Positions 14,477 to 27,027 of a stretch of DNA of 64,000 nucleotides are shown in pieces. Numbering within the stretch: the first letter of the stretch is position 1; each line of letters opens with the position of its first letter. Origin of the DNA: Rhizophagus irregularis (Eukaryota); assembly GCF_026210795.1 (NCBI RefSeq), contig NC_089429.1, forward strand, positions 5,022,001 through 5,086,000. Reading direction: 5' to 3'. Made by a program: the position numbers and the translations under genes. The notes under the pieces are model-generated. The model searched no databases and was not told the DNA's origin. It saw only the letters and a program-made list of their open reading frames with translations.

Positions 14477-15241
14477 AAAGACGATGATAATGATAAAGAT
14501 GATGATAAAGATAAAGATGATGATAGTCCAATTATTGAGAAGGATAGAATTGCAGAAGAATTTGAACCTTTGACTAAATATATTGATTTCAGGCGAATTG
14601 ACGGTAAAATCTTAAATGATATTATTGATCCATTAGAAATCGTTCCTATGAAAACACTTTACAATGCCACTAAATATCAAGCAAAGCACGGTAATTCAAG
14701 TTTAAGTGATATTCGTGGAATTTCACCATCATTGTATAGGTTTACCGAATCCGATTGTGTTTGGAACGAATCATTTCACGGATCTTTAATTTCTCTTTTG
14801 GATGGTGGAAAAGTTGCTGAAGCTTCAAGTAGTGAACTTCAAAATGTCAGAGCAAACATTTTATGTTGTAAAGGTGTTTATGAATGGGATATAATTATTG
14901 AGAAATATTGTGTATTTACTTGGATCGGGGTATGTTCAGCAGAATCTAAGTTGGATTATGAAAGTTTTGCGGGATCACAATCTAATGCATGGATACTAGG
15001 TTCCTCTGGTGAATGTAGGAATGGCCAAGATACTTTCAAATATTGTTCTTCATTTGCTGGGAATTATCAAACAGTAACTGTTCATTTAGATATGACTCAA
15101 AAAACGATCGCTTTCACAGTTAAAGGTGAAAGACAATCGGAAGTATTGAAGTGGAATAATCTACCGTCAAAACTTTATCCAATCGTTTCAATATGTGAAC
15201 CTGGAAGAATTCGAATTCAGCCTCACAAAAATAAATGTTAA
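13757..15241 (+). CDS. BTB/POZ-SPRY(B30.2) protein, paralogue 1, with poly-Asp insert
   Basis: BTB motif SDIEIIC..LYGSRAILAARSEIFDKLLYNGMKES..ILEYIYTG and SPRY motif GVYEWDIII..WIGV..TVHLDMTQKTIAFTV..LYPIVS. (GAT)n tract at ~14443-14525. Confidence 0.9.
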
Positions 15242-16607
15242 TGTTAATGTTTAGAAAGAAGAAAAAAAAAAATTTAATTAAATTTCAAGCTATTGTAACT
15301 TTTTTTTTTAACAACAATAATAAAATATAGAATCTTGTAATAAAGAAGTTTTATTCAATTATTTTTTTTTTTTTACTTTTTTAAAAAAATTTATTTTTGT
15401 TGATTCTAACATTTTTTTTTTTATATATAATATATAAGGTTTAAAGGTTTTCGTCGATTTGATTTAATAACGAATTGATTAAACTTTATTACTGATAATC
15501 AGTAAATGGGTAGATCAACGTTGTCACTAACAACATACACAGAATTTTTCGAAAAAAAAAATTGCCCACGACATCCTTTCTTGAAACGTGAAGTGATGGT
15601 GATCGTGATTGAGATGAATGATAGTTTATCTTCGTGTTCTCGATACTTCGATACTTCTTTACGATAAATGTCGTTCTAACGTTAAAAAACAGGAGAGAAG
15701 CGTGAACTTTAGTGATGGCCAAGTTATTTCTTGAATTATGAAAAATTACTCATAGGTTTTCTATAACATCATCTTTTAAGCAGCAAGGTCGACAAACTGT
15801 GATGAAAAAAAATTATTTTTAGAAACAATTCACGAAGAGTCTTTTAACTGAAGATAAGCTGTAATGATCACATTTTCTTCATCGAAAGACGTCTAGAAAT
15901 TCATTGTTATACACGCTCAATAAGACGGAGTATTCGGAGGAAATACTTTATCATCAAGTACGTTAAATAGTGTATTTTATTTTATTTATTGCAAAAAAAA
16001 GTGAAATAATGATTTACTTGTGTGATCAATATGGAACTTGAATTAACTATGTTTTTCTTATTACAGAAAAGAACGGATTTAAACCTAAAGACAACAAGAT
16101 CACACATTTTTTTAAAAAAATCTGATTCAAATCTTGATTCTTCATATAAATCATCAAATCTCTTATATGCGAGAAGGATTAATAATGGTAGTAGAGGGAA
16201 TTGTTTAAATTGGGCGATTTTTATAGATTCAAATCACTGAGCTCAGTAAGTCAGTTTAATAATAGATATCAACATTGGATGTAAAATCCCGTCGATTACA
16301 TTATTCTCACTATTGATAAAAAATAATTTTTTTTCTTTATTTAAAAATAAAGTAATTTTTTATTTTCCGATGATATAACCAACTAAAACGGATAACGACA
16401 TCAAGATCGATATTCAATCATCAAATAGTGTTTTGATCCGAATGAATCCGTGATCTATCAATTCGATTCATAACGATACAATATACTTCAGACCTAACGC
16501 AAGGATTGTCACCAAAAACTTGATGATGCAAAAACCTAAGCCGAATATCTCATGATCACTGGTATATATATTCCAATTATTCATAATTACTCGAAAATCT
16601 TTTTGAT

Positions 16608-18392
16608 ATGGCTATTTATTTACGACCTTCTTTAATACGTTCTTTTAGACGTAGCCCAATAATTACTCTGAAACCTTCATCAAATCTTTTTATAGCAAAT
16701 CCACATGTTACTTGTCGGAGAAATGGTTCAACAACTTCTGAAAATCGTGATGGTTTAAGTGAGTGTCTCTTTTTGGTATCTGTTTTACCTGTATTAAGTT
16801 ATTGTTGACTTTTTTTTCTTTTTTTCTCCAAAGATATAAATAAATCTCCTACTACCACTAAATCTCCTATTACAACCGGTAAGTAGATTTATAAATTTTG
16901 AGTATATACTTTCATATGGATCACTGACTAAACATTTTAAATAGGAATTACGAAAGGATATTCATTAGAACAAGATTTAAGATCGTTAATAAATCATCTA
17001 GAACGTAGTGATATAGAAATTTTATGTAAGGATGGTAAAAGATTATTTGGTTGTAAAGCAATTTTAGCATCAAGATCAGAAATATTTGATAAATTAATTT
17101 ATAAAGAAGGTAATCAAAAACAAATTTCTTTACCAGAGATTCAATATTCTGGAATGGAAAATATTTTAGAATATTTTTATACAGGATCAATTAAAGAATT
17201 TTTATCTCGAGATAATATACTTGAAACTTATCAAGCAGCAAAATATTTTAATATATCAACTATTCAAGATTTTATTATTAATGAACTTCAAAATATTTCA
17301 GAAAAGAATTATGAAGATAATTTATCACCAGAATTATTATCTAAAGCTTTAGAAATGATATTATTAAATGATGATGATAAAATTTTAAATTTATTAGTTA
17401 AATCATTAGCAATGATTCCATTAAATGATATTAAATATGATAGATTATCTATTAAAGGACTTCAATATCTTTTACAATATACATTTGAAAAAGAAATGAA
17501 ATTTGCAACTACTGAATATGATGTTTTAAGATATAGTTCTATGTTGGCTGCAAAACAAGTTTCTAATCAAGCATATAATTCTCTTATGCAAAATTTTCCA
17601 ACTTTAGATAAAGCAGAAGAACAGATTAAAAGATGGTTTAATTTTAGAAAAAGGTTTCCTAAAGGATGGTTCATCATAGATCGTAGAAAAATTATTAAAA
17701 AATTAAAACCTCTTATTAAATTTATTGATTTTAAACGAATCAAAAAAGAAATCATATATAATATCATTATACCATTAAGAATTATTCCAAATGAAATAAT
17801 TGAAAGTATAGATAAATCAGGTTCAAAATTAAATGATATTAGAGGGATACCAGTATTATATAAAAAATCTACAAAATTTGATTATATATGGGATGATGTA
17901 ATTTGCGGTCGAGGTCTTAAAATTAAGGATAATGGAAAGGTGGTACAAGCAACAAATGATATGATTTTTAGACAAAATGTTAGAACTATTAAGGGATTAG
18001 AAAAAGGTATTTTTGAATGGGAAATCATTATTGAAAAATCTTGTGAATATACTTCAATCGGTGTATGCGGAATAGAAAATTTTGATCAAGAGATCTGGGC
18101 GGGATATCAATCTAACGGATGGGTATTAAATTTCAATGGTTATTGCTATAATTCTGGAAAATGTAATTATTATTGTGAACCATTTACTAAGGATGGTACC
18201 AAAATTATAGTTCATTTAGATATGAATTTAAGGACCTGTGCATTTACAGTCAATGGTACAAAGTATCCAGAGGTATCAGAATGGAATAATTTACCATCGA
18301 AGCTATATCCAGTAGTATCATTATGTGCTTCCGCTCGATGTCGAATTCAACCTCATCAAACATATGACTCACCAAATCAAAAAGATGATTGA
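16608..18392 (+). CDS. BTB-SPRY paralogue 2, 3 exons, with predicted mitochondrial targeting presequence
   Basis: Exons 16608-16758, 16834-16878, 16945-18392 with GTGAGT..AAG and GTAAGT..TAG introns, both phase 1. They join MAIYLRPSLIRSFRRSP... in frame to ITKGYSLEQDLRSLINH..SDIEILC and on into the ORF-track frame at 17154. Confidence 0.8.
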
Positions 18393-18649
18393 TAGGACTA
18401 AAATTTAAGTTGGAAATTTTACAAATTGGTTGTATTGACCAAGCTTATGTTAATGAATTTAATAAAATAAATGTGGTACTTTAAAAATAAGTAAATAATA
18501 AATAAATTCGTTAATACTAAATTTCTAAATGATTAATATTTAATGATTTCTGTCATTTACTCATGATGAGTATTTTATAAAATTTATTTTGCCAATCAAA
18601 ATCAATAGAATCCGCGAATACGTTAATTCATCAATATTACAAAATATAT

Positions 18650-19500
18650 ACAGTATGATTGTTGCTATTGATCGCAGTATCTTTTATTGACCGTAATAGT
18701 GTTCACTTCGAAAAAAAAAAGACCAAGAAACTTCGTACCATTTCACGCTTATTAACCGCAGTAGTAAACGATTGTTACTATTGATTGCAGTAGTATCTTT
18801 TAATTGACCGTAGCAGATACCATAACAGTAAAAGGAAAGTTCACTTTGCCATAAATTCTAAAAATAATATAAATAGACCAAGAAATTTCATAACATTTTT
18901 GATTTCTACATCTTTGTGCATGGGTAATAACTGCGCTAGTGAGGATTTTATCTGAAGCCAGTTGTTTGCTGTTTGCAAACTTCCCAATCGCATCATCTTT
19001 CGCAATAGTCGGAAGAGAATTTTTTGAAAAGGGGGAACCCTATAAGAAATTTTAGCGGGTTGGGAGTGAAGTGTAAATAATTTTTTTTTATAATTCGTAT
19101 AGTACATCATATTTATTATGCTTACTACTAAATAACGCTACAATATATTGTTACGAAATCCAATAATATTCGCATCAGTATAAATTATAGAAATGCGTGA
19201 AAAAAAATTTAAATAATTGGTTAACATAAGAATAACTTCATTACTTCTCTTAATTTAAATGACTTAATATATACCATCTGTTCGACAAAGTTTAAAAAAA
19301 CAAATATTTTTTTTGATCTCGTAAAACTTCAATTAACAAACATTTTTTTTAATTTCATCGAAAGGATATAAGTAATAATATATCGGATTATCGGTCAATA
19401 TTGTGTCTCCTCATTTTTTGGAAATTTAACGTGGGGAAAGTTTATCAACTTTATCATTTATGCGTCTCTTTATATGATGATATACATCATTTTTTCCCGT
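18650..19500. repeat. Dispersed repeat, copy A (copy B at ~62290-63210)
   Basis: Long near-identical blocks shared with 62.3-63.2 kb in the same orientation, e.g. gaaatttcataacatttttgatttctacatctttgtgcatgggta and ccctataagaaattttagcgggttgggagtg. Internal cacgcttattaaccgca subrepeats. Confidence 0.85.
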
Positions 19501-19863
19501 ATACCCATACATGTAAATTATTTATTACGTACATTTTTATTTCTTTTGAAATTTTAGTTTTTTTTTCTTCTTCGGAATTTGGGAATTTGTCACATTCATT
19601 AAAAAAAAAATGATTTACTGCGGCATATTTATTCAATATCAATAAAATCCACGAAAGCGTTAATTCATCAATATTATAAAAAAATATATGTATACACATG
19701 GATATTTATACAAAATGTTTATTTTAAAATTTTAGTTTTTTTTTTCGCTCATCATATAATGATTTGCTGCGGCATAATATTCTAAGAGCAAACAGGAGTA
19801 AACCGGATTACTTAAAATAATATGAATAAGTATTTAAAATTTTGAGAGTTTACAACAATCAAG

Positions 19864-19947
19864 TCTCGGTTAGTATAGTGGTTAGTATCCCCGCCTGTCA
19901 GGGTATCCAGCACGCGGGAGACCGGGGTTCAATTCCCCGACCGAGAG
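19864..19947 (+). tRNA. tRNA-Asp(GTC) with a 12-nt intron (19901-19912)
   Basis: TCTCGGTTAGTATAGTGGTTAGTATCCCCGCCTGTCA[GGGTATCCAGCA]CGCGGGAGACCGGGGTTCAATTCCCCGACCGAGAG. Acceptor stem pairs, A and B boxes present, intron at the canonical 37/38 site, downstream T-run terminator. Confidence 0.95.
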
Positions 19948-20396
19948 CAAAATTTTTTGAATTTTTCTGCGGAATTTTTTTTTTTGATTTTTTCATGTTA
20001 AAATGAATATTGTATACTTGATAATGTGATCACTAAACAAAAATTTATTATAAAAACTACAGTTTAGAATTATTAAAATAATATCGTTTATTTAATAAAA
20101 TTGAAACAGTCCCGATATACAGTGTAAATCAAAATAACTTTACGATATATCTTTAGCTTTAGTAGAATAATAATCGGAAAAGCACATAAAAAGGTAAAGT
20201 AATGAAAATATTAGTTCATTTTCAATATCATTTCAAAAATTCGGTTGGGATAAGTAAGATTAGAGGCTCCGAATAAGTTTTTTACTTTGCCACATTTAAA
20301 TTACTTCGTAAGTATTTGTTGGGTGACGTCACCCAAAATTGTTTCGGTTATTTAATAACATTTTCGTCATACAACTTTAAAATTATTGTCAAATAA

Positions 20397-21092
20397 CTAG
20401 CTGTAACCTGTTGCGTTGCAACAGAATTAAATGAGTTTAAATCAATATAATCAGCGTGAAAAAAAAGTTTGCAAAAATTTCGGAATTTTACCGGCAAAGC
20501 ATAACAATTCCGGAAATTTATTTTTTCAACAGGAATATGACCAGAATTAAAAATATCTTAATTTATTTTTAAAATATACCGGAAATCTGGCCGGGATCAT
20601 AAAATTTTACCGGATTTATCAAAAATTTACCGGAAAACCCGGCTAAATTACAATAGATTTTTCACGCTGAATATAACAATAAAATATTTAAATAAGATAA
20701 AAATTCATAAAAAAAATATGTATAAAAATAAATGAAAAATTTCAAAAAAACTGGAATAAAAATATTAAAAATTATTAAAAATTTCGGTTAACCGAAAAAA
20801 GAATAATATTAAAAAAAAGATCCGATCTTCAAAAGTGACCGAAAAAAGGTGGATGATGCGATCAACCGCAGCAGCGATTGAATGTTCTGAACGTACACGT
20901 GACCCTACAGCCAATCAAATTATTCAAATCATAATAATCATCAACCTATGTCAAACGAGGTGTGTCAGGTGCGTCGAATGATTAGCCTTCCAAAAATCAG
21001 CCCATACGCGCAGACGAATCACAATTCAGTAATATTTATGCAGATTAATCTAAACGTTACCGGTTACACATGAATTTTTTTAATTATATAGA
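20397..21092 (-). mobile_element. Non-autonomous Helitron-like element
   Basis: The minus strand begins A|TCTATATAATTAAAA at 21092 and ends with a perfect hairpin (plus strand CTGTTGC-GTT-GCAACAG, 20408-20424) followed by CTAG|T at 20397. Inserted between A and T without a TSD. Confidence 0.8.
20452..20669. mobile_element. hAT-type MITE nested in the Helitron
   Basis: 12-bp TIRs CAGCGTGAAAAA / TTTTTCACGCTG; 8-bp flanks AATATAAT / AATATAAC (7/8 TSD); internal ccgg repeats. Confidence 0.8.
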
Positions 21093-21099
21093 TTATTAA

Positions 21100-21281
21100 G
21101 GGGATGGCCAGAAATGACGTCATTTCCCAAAAGTGGGACATGTTGATGTTACACACCTTCCATTTTTAGACACTTGTAGTTAATATAATTCTAGCCAGAA
21201 ATTTTACATTTCCTAAAATGAATGATGACATAGGGGGAGGGGGTCAAAAATCCTAAAATTTAAATTACGTCATTTCTGGCC
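21100..21281. mobile_element. PIF/Harbinger-like MITE (right end eroded)
   Basis: Perfect 15-bp inverted repeat GGCCAGAAATGACGT (21106-21120) / ACGTCATTTCTGGCC (21267-21281), internal GGGGGAGGGGGTCAAAAATC block, TAA at the left flank. Confidence 0.65.
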
Positions 21282-21817
21282 TGAAAGAGTCTATGAAGAA
21301 TTTGCCAATATAAAAGGGTCCAACATAATTATAACAATTTATTCATTGTTATACGCCGTTTTCAAAAAAGTGTACAGATCATAAATCACGAGATTTCCCA
21401 GACTTCCCTCTTTTTTCAAGACTTACCTTTTTATATAAAAGATTAATTTTACGATTAATTTGAATTAATGATCAGATTTTTCGATTTCTTGATTCCCCCG
21501 TATACATAAAAATGAGCTGGTCAACCAAAATTATTCGGAAATCAGTGCATGAACTGTTTATTTTGCGAATAATTTTTTTTTCACTTGTGTATATGCCACA
21601 TAATTAATTATTTAAATTATAACACAACATATTTAGTTTGTATCCTTGTTGATCTTTCTAAACCATAAATGACTAATTTTATGATCAGTTTGTTTGATTA
21701 CAATTGTCACCTTCCCTTTTTGAATATAAACATGATTTTAATAGGAAAAAGTATAGGTAATAGAAATTTCAAACTTTTGTTTCATTACAAAGAAAAAATT
21801 TCAAAAAATTCATAAAA

Positions 21818-23224
21818 ATGACGAGAGGATATTCATTAGAAAATGATTTAAGATTATTATTAAATAATCCAAAGTATAGCGATATAGAGATTTTATGTAA
21901 AAATGAAGAAAAATTATATGGTTGTAGAGCGATTTTAGCAGCAAGATCCCATGTATTTGATGGATTACTTTATAATGGGATGAAAGAAAGTTATGAAAAT
22001 CAAATTTCTTTTCCTACGATCAATTATTCTGCGATGGAGATTATATTAGAACATACTTATACTGGATCAATTAAAGAAGAATATTTAACAAAAGATAATA
22101 TAATTGAAGCTTTGTATGCTGCGGATTATTTTCAATTATTAGAACTTCAAGATTTTATTATGACAACTCTTAAAAATACCTTAAGAAAAAATTATACAGA
22201 TAATTATTCACCGGAATTATTTTCTAAAGTTGTTGAAATAATACCATTAACTGAAGATAATATTCTTCTTAATTTATTGGTTGAATCAGTAGCAATTATT
22301 CCATTAAATACTATTGAATTTGGTCGATTGTCTATTGCAGGTCTTGAATATCTTTTATTTCGTACACATGAAAAAGAAATACCTTTCGCGACACCAGAAT
22401 ATGAAGTTTTTCGATATTGTGCTATTCTTGCAGCAAAACAAGTTTCTAATGACGCATATAAAACTCTTATGGAACGTTTACCAACCTTAGATTTAATAAA
22501 GGATTCAATAAAATCAGAATATAAATATATTATCAATCGTCAAATAGTCGCTAAAGAATTGGAACCTTTGGTTAAATTTATTGAATTTAGACGGATCAAA
22601 GGTCATATATTAGTTGATATTATCGAACCATTAGAAATTATTCCACCTGAAATCATTTTAAATGTCTATCGTCATAAAACTAAATCAAATATTTCTGATT
22701 ATAATAATATTCGTGGAATACCATTTGATATTATGTGGGATGAAACAGCATGTGGATCAAAACTTATTATAGAGGAAAATAGAAAAATCATACATGCATC
22801 AAATGATTGTGATCTACATCAAAGTATTAGAGGTAAAATGAAATTAGAAAATAAAGGTATCTTTGAATGGGACGTTATTGTTGAAAAATATTGTGATTAT
22901 ACTTGGGTTGGAATATGTTCATCAGAAAATTTTAATTATGAAACCTTTGCAGGAAAACAACCTACTGGTTGGGTATTAGGTTCCAGTGGTTATTGTTATA
23001 ATTCTCATAATAGATCAAATTATTGTCCATCATTTGGAGGTGGTACAAAAATTACTGTTCATTTAGATATGGATAAAAGAACTTGTGCTTTTACAGTTAA
23101 TGGTATAAAATATCCGGAGGTATCAGAATGGAATAATTTACCATCAAAACTTTATCCGGTAGCATCATTATATTATCCTGGTCGTTTAAGAATTCAATCT
23201 CATCAAAAATCTGAACCATCTTGA
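21818..23224 (+). CDS. BTB-SPRY paralogue 3
   Basis: Intronless 468-aa ORF with full BTB, helical linker and SPRY motifs. Confidence 0.92.
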   Translation: MTRGYSLENDLRLLLNNPKYSDIEILCKNEEKLYGCRAILAARSHVFDGLLYNGMKESYENQISFPTINYSAMEIILEHTYTGSIKEEYLTKDNIIEALYAADYFQLLELQDFIMTTLKNTLRKNYTDNYSPELFSKVVEIIPLTEDNILLNLLVESVAIIPLNTIEFGRLSIAGLEYLLFRTHEKEIPFATPEYEVFRYCAILAAKQVSNDAYKTLMERLPTLDLIKDSIKSEYKYIINRQIVAKELEPLVKFIEFRRIKGHILVDIIEPLEIIPPEIILNVYRHKTKSNISDYNNIRGIPFDIMWDETACGSKLIIEENRKIIHASNDCDLHQSIRGKMKLENKGIFEWDVIVEKYCDYTWVGICSSENFNYETFAGKQPTGWVLGSSGYCYNSHNRSNYCPSFGGGTKITVHLDMDKRTCAFTVNGIKYPEVSEWNNLPSKLYPVASLYYPGRLRIQSHQKSEPS

Positions 23225-23597
23225 GATATTCTTGAATATTCGTTATTAAAGTAAATAGTTAACTGATAACAACTATTAAAACTTTAATAATCTATAAATA
23301 AATTCATTTTTTACGTTAAAAATGACTTTGGAGAAAATTTATAAATCACGAAAGTTTCCAACTTTCGTATTAATAATCTAAAATCAACGCTTACATTCAA
23401 AAAGGAAGAATATACTTTATGCGGTAAAATTTATCGTCATAAAATCGTCAAAACCGGAAAAGATTAGTCATTTGTGGCTTAGAAAATCAATGGAAGATCC
23501 TAATCATGGGATACATAATAAAGGCGCAGCTAAATACGGAAAAAAATTCTCACCATAGAAAACCGTATTTTTTTCCCAAACATTTTCTTAAAAAAGG

Positions 23598-25010
23598 ATG
23601 AGAGGATATTCACTAGAACAAGATTTAAAATTATTAATAAATAATTCAAAGTATAGCGATTTAGAAATTTTATGTGAAGATGGAAAGAAATTACACGCTT
23701 GTAGAGCAATTTTAGCAGCAAGGTCCGAAGTATTTGATGGTTTACTTTATAATGGAATGAAGGAAACTTATGAAAACCTGATTTCTTTTCCAAAAATTAA
23801 TTCAGCTGGAATGGAGATTATATTAGAATATATTTATACTGGATCAGTTAAAAAAAAATCTTTTACAAGAGATAATATAATTGAAGCTTTGTATGCTTCA
23901 GATTTTTTTCAATTAACAGAACTTCATGATTTTATTATGAAAACAATTAAGAATTCTAATTTCGTAAAAAATTATTCACCAGAATTATTATCAAAAGTTG
24001 TAAATATAATGCCATTATCAGAAGATAATATTTTTCTAAATTTACTGGTTGAAGCTGTAGCGGCTATTCCATTAAATACTATTGAATTTAATCGATTATC
24101 TATTGCGGCATTACAGTATCTTTTATTTCGTACACATGAAAAAGAAACAACATTTGCAACCTCAGAATATGAAGTTTTTCGATATTGTGCTATTCTTACA
24201 GCAAAACAAGTTTCCAATGATGCATACAAAACTCTTATGGAATGGTTGCCAACCTTAGAACAGATAGAAAATTCAGTCCATAAAATCGACAACAAATCCA
24301 TTATTGATCATCAAAAAGTTGCTAAAGAATTGGAACCTTTAATTAAATTTATTGATTTTAGACTAATTAAGACTCACATATTAGCTGATTTTATTGAACC
24401 ACTAGGAATTGTTCCGACCGAATTGGTTTTAAGTGTTTATAGACATAAAGCTCTATTGAATAATTCAGACTTAAATGATAATCGAGGAATATCATTTTAT
24501 AGATTTAATGAATCTCTTCTTGCCTGGGATGAATCGGCGTGTGGATCAAGCCTTATTATTGAGGGTAATGGAAAAGTTGTACGTTCATTGGATGCTCTTA
24601 AATTCAATAGCCAAAGTGTTAGTGCTAAAGTAATATTAAAAGATAAAAGAATCTTCGAATGGGATGTCATTATCGAAAATGATTGTGGTTATTCTTGGGT
24701 TGGAATATGTTCATCAGAAAATTTTGATTATGAATCCTGGACAGGAAAACAATCTACTAGTTGGATATTAGGTTCCAGTGGTAATTGTTATAATTCTGAT
24801 AATAAATCAATAGGATATTGTCCGCCATTTGGAGATGGTACAAAAATTACTGTTCATTTAAATATGATTAAAAGAACCTGTGCTTTTACAGTTAATGGTA
24901 CAAAATATCCGGAGGTACCAGAATGGAATAATTTACCATCAAAACTTTATCCGGTAGTATCATTAAAATTTCCAGGTCGTTTACGAATTCAATCTCATCA
25001 AAAAATTTGA
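23598..25010 (+). CDS. BTB-SPRY paralogue 4
   Basis: Intronless 470-aa ORF with full BTB and SPRY motifs. Confidence 0.92.
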   Translation: MRGYSLEQDLKLLINNSKYSDLEILCEDGKKLHACRAILAARSEVFDGLLYNGMKETYENLISFPKINSAGMEIILEYIYTGSVKKKSFTRDNIIEALYASDFFQLTELHDFIMKTIKNSNFVKNYSPELLSKVVNIMPLSEDNIFLNLLVEAVAAIPLNTIEFNRLSIAALQYLLFRTHEKETTFATSEYEVFRYCAILTAKQVSNDAYKTLMEWLPTLEQIENSVHKIDNKSIIDHQKVAKELEPLIKFIDFRLIKTHILADFIEPLGIVPTELVLSVYRHKALLNNSDLNDNRGISFYRFNESLLAWDESACGSSLIIEGNGKVVRSLDALKFNSQSVSAKVILKDKRIFEWDVIIENDCGYSWVGICSSENFDYESWTGKQSTSWILGSSGNCYNSDNKSIGYCPPFGDGTKITVHLNMIKRTCAFTVNGTKYPEVPEWNNLPSKLYPVVSLKFPGRLRIQSHQKI

Positions 25011-25305
25011 TTTATACACATGTATTGAAATATCTTTGGAATTGTTGTGTTTATTTATTTAAACAATTAATTCGCAGAACGTACTGTAAGAAATTTTACA
25101 ATGGGATTTATAAATAAAATTATTTATTTATTTTTCTTGCTAAATTAAGACTTCAAGAAATTTAAAATCATGAATAAGTTTCTACCATCTTTCGTTTTAA
25201 TAATTTAAAATCAACGCTTACATTCAAAAGGAAAATATACTGTATACGGTAAAATTTGTCGCCGTAAAATCGTCAAAGTTTATTGAAAAAAAAAAATTTT
25301 ACAAA

Positions 25306-25460
25306 ACGATAAGAGGATTTCATTAAAAAAAAGATTATTAAATAATCCAAAGTATAGCTATTTAGAGATTTTATGTAAAAATAAAGGAAAGTTATGGTTA
25401 AAGAGCAATTTTAGCAGCAGGATCCTAAGTATTGATAGATTAGAACCAACTATTCTGCGT
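25306..25460 (+). pseudogene. 5' relic of a BTB-SPRY gene
   Basis: Decayed copy of the family start (agaggatttcatta..aataatccaaagtatagc..gagcaattttagcagcaggatcc) with indels. Confidence 0.8.
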
Positions 25461-25629
25461 TATATTAAAATTTTATTAAAAACATTCGAGTTCCAAAGAA
25501 GGCGCAGCTAAATACGGAAAACGGAAATATTTTTCCCCATAGGGATAATGAAACATAGTACAAACTTATACATAAATAAATTCCCCACATTGAACAACGT
25601 ATTTTTTTCTTAAACATTTTCTTTAAAAA

Positions 25630-27027
25630 ATGACGAGAGGGTATTCATTAGAACAAGATTTAAAATTGTTAATAAATAATCCTAAATATAGCGATTTAGA
25701 AATTTTATGTGAAGACGAAAAGAAATTGCACGCTTGTAGAGCAATTTTAGCAGCAAGATCCGAAGTATTTGAAAGTTTACTTTATAATGGGATGAAGGAA
25801 AGTTATGAAAATCAAATTTCTTTTCCAAAAATTAATTCCGCTGGAATGGAAATCGTATTAGAATATACCTATACAGGATCAATTAAAGAAGAATTTTTAA
25901 CAAAGGATAATATAATTGAATCTTTTTACGCTGCTGACTATTTTCAATTACCAGACCTTCAGGATTTTATTATGAAAGTTTTCAAAAATACATTAAAAAA
26001 AAATCTTACAGAAAATTATTCACCAGAATTATTATCGAAATTTGCAGAAAAAATGCCATTAATAGAAGATAACATTCTATTAAATTTATTGGTTGAAGCG
26101 GTAGCAATTATTCCATTAAATACAATTGAATTTGGTCGATTGTCTATTGCCGGTCTTAAATATCTTTTATCTTGTACATATGAAAAAGAAATGACTTTTT
26201 CAACACCGGAATATGAAGTTTTTCGATATTGTGCTATTCTTGCAGCAAAACGAGTTTCTAATGACGCATATACAACTCTTTTGAAACGGTTACCTACCTT
26301 AGAACAAATGCAAATGGATAATTCAGTTCAAGTAAAAAATAAAATTATTACCGATCATCAAAATGTTGCTAAAGAATTGGAACATTTGGTTGAATTTATT
26401 GATTTCAAGCGAATTGAAGGACAGATTTTAACCGATGTTATTGATCCATTAGAAATTATCCCTTCTAAAATAATTTTAAATGTTTATCGAGACATAGTAA
26501 GGTTAAATAATTCAAACTTAAATTATATTCGAGGAATACCAACGATGTACGTTTGGGATGAAAAAGCATGTGGGTCAAATCTTATTATTGAGGATAATGG
26601 AAAAGTCGTACAAGCACCAAATAAATGTAACTCACAACAAAGCGTTAGAGGTAAAATGGCATTAAATAAGGGCATTTTTGAATGGGATGTCATTGTTGAA
26701 AAAAGTTGTAATTATATTTGGGTCGGAATATGTTCATCAGAAAATTTTAATTATAAATCCTGGGCAGGAGGCCAGTCTACTGGATGGGTATTAGGTTCCA
26801 ATGGTGAATGTTGTAAAATTATATCAAGAAATTATTGTCCGCCATTTGGAGATGGTACAAAAATTACTATTCATTTAGATACGAATAAAAGAACTTGCGC
26901 TTTTACAGTCAATGGTACAAAATATCCGGAAGTATCAGGATGGAATAATTTACCATCAAAACTTTATCCTGTAGTATCATTAAGATTTCCAGGTCGTTTA
27001 CGAATTCAAACTCATAAAAAAATTTGA
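25630..27027 (+). CDS. BTB-SPRY paralogue 5
   Basis: Intronless 465-aa ORF with full BTB and SPRY motifs. Confidence 0.92.
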   Translation: MTRGYSLEQDLKLLINNPKYSDLEILCEDEKKLHACRAILAARSEVFESLLYNGMKESYENQISFPKINSAGMEIVLEYTYTGSIKEEFLTKDNIIESFYAADYFQLPDLQDFIMKVFKNTLKKNLTENYSPELLSKFAEKMPLIEDNILLNLLVEAVAIIPLNTIEFGRLSIAGLKYLLSCTYEKEMTFSTPEYEVFRYCAILAAKRVSNDAYTTLLKRLPTLEQMQMDNSVQVKNKIITDHQNVAKELEHLVEFIDFKRIEGQILTDVIDPLEIIPSKIILNVYRDIVRLNNSNLNYIRGIPTMYVWDEKACGSNLIIEDNGKVVQAPNKCNSQQSVRGKMALNKGIFEWDVIVEKSCNYIWVGICSSENFNYKSWAGGQSTGWVLGSNGECCKIISRNYCPPFGDGTKITIHLDTNKRTCAFTVNGTKYPEVSGWNNLPSKLYPVVSLRFPGRLRIQTHKKI

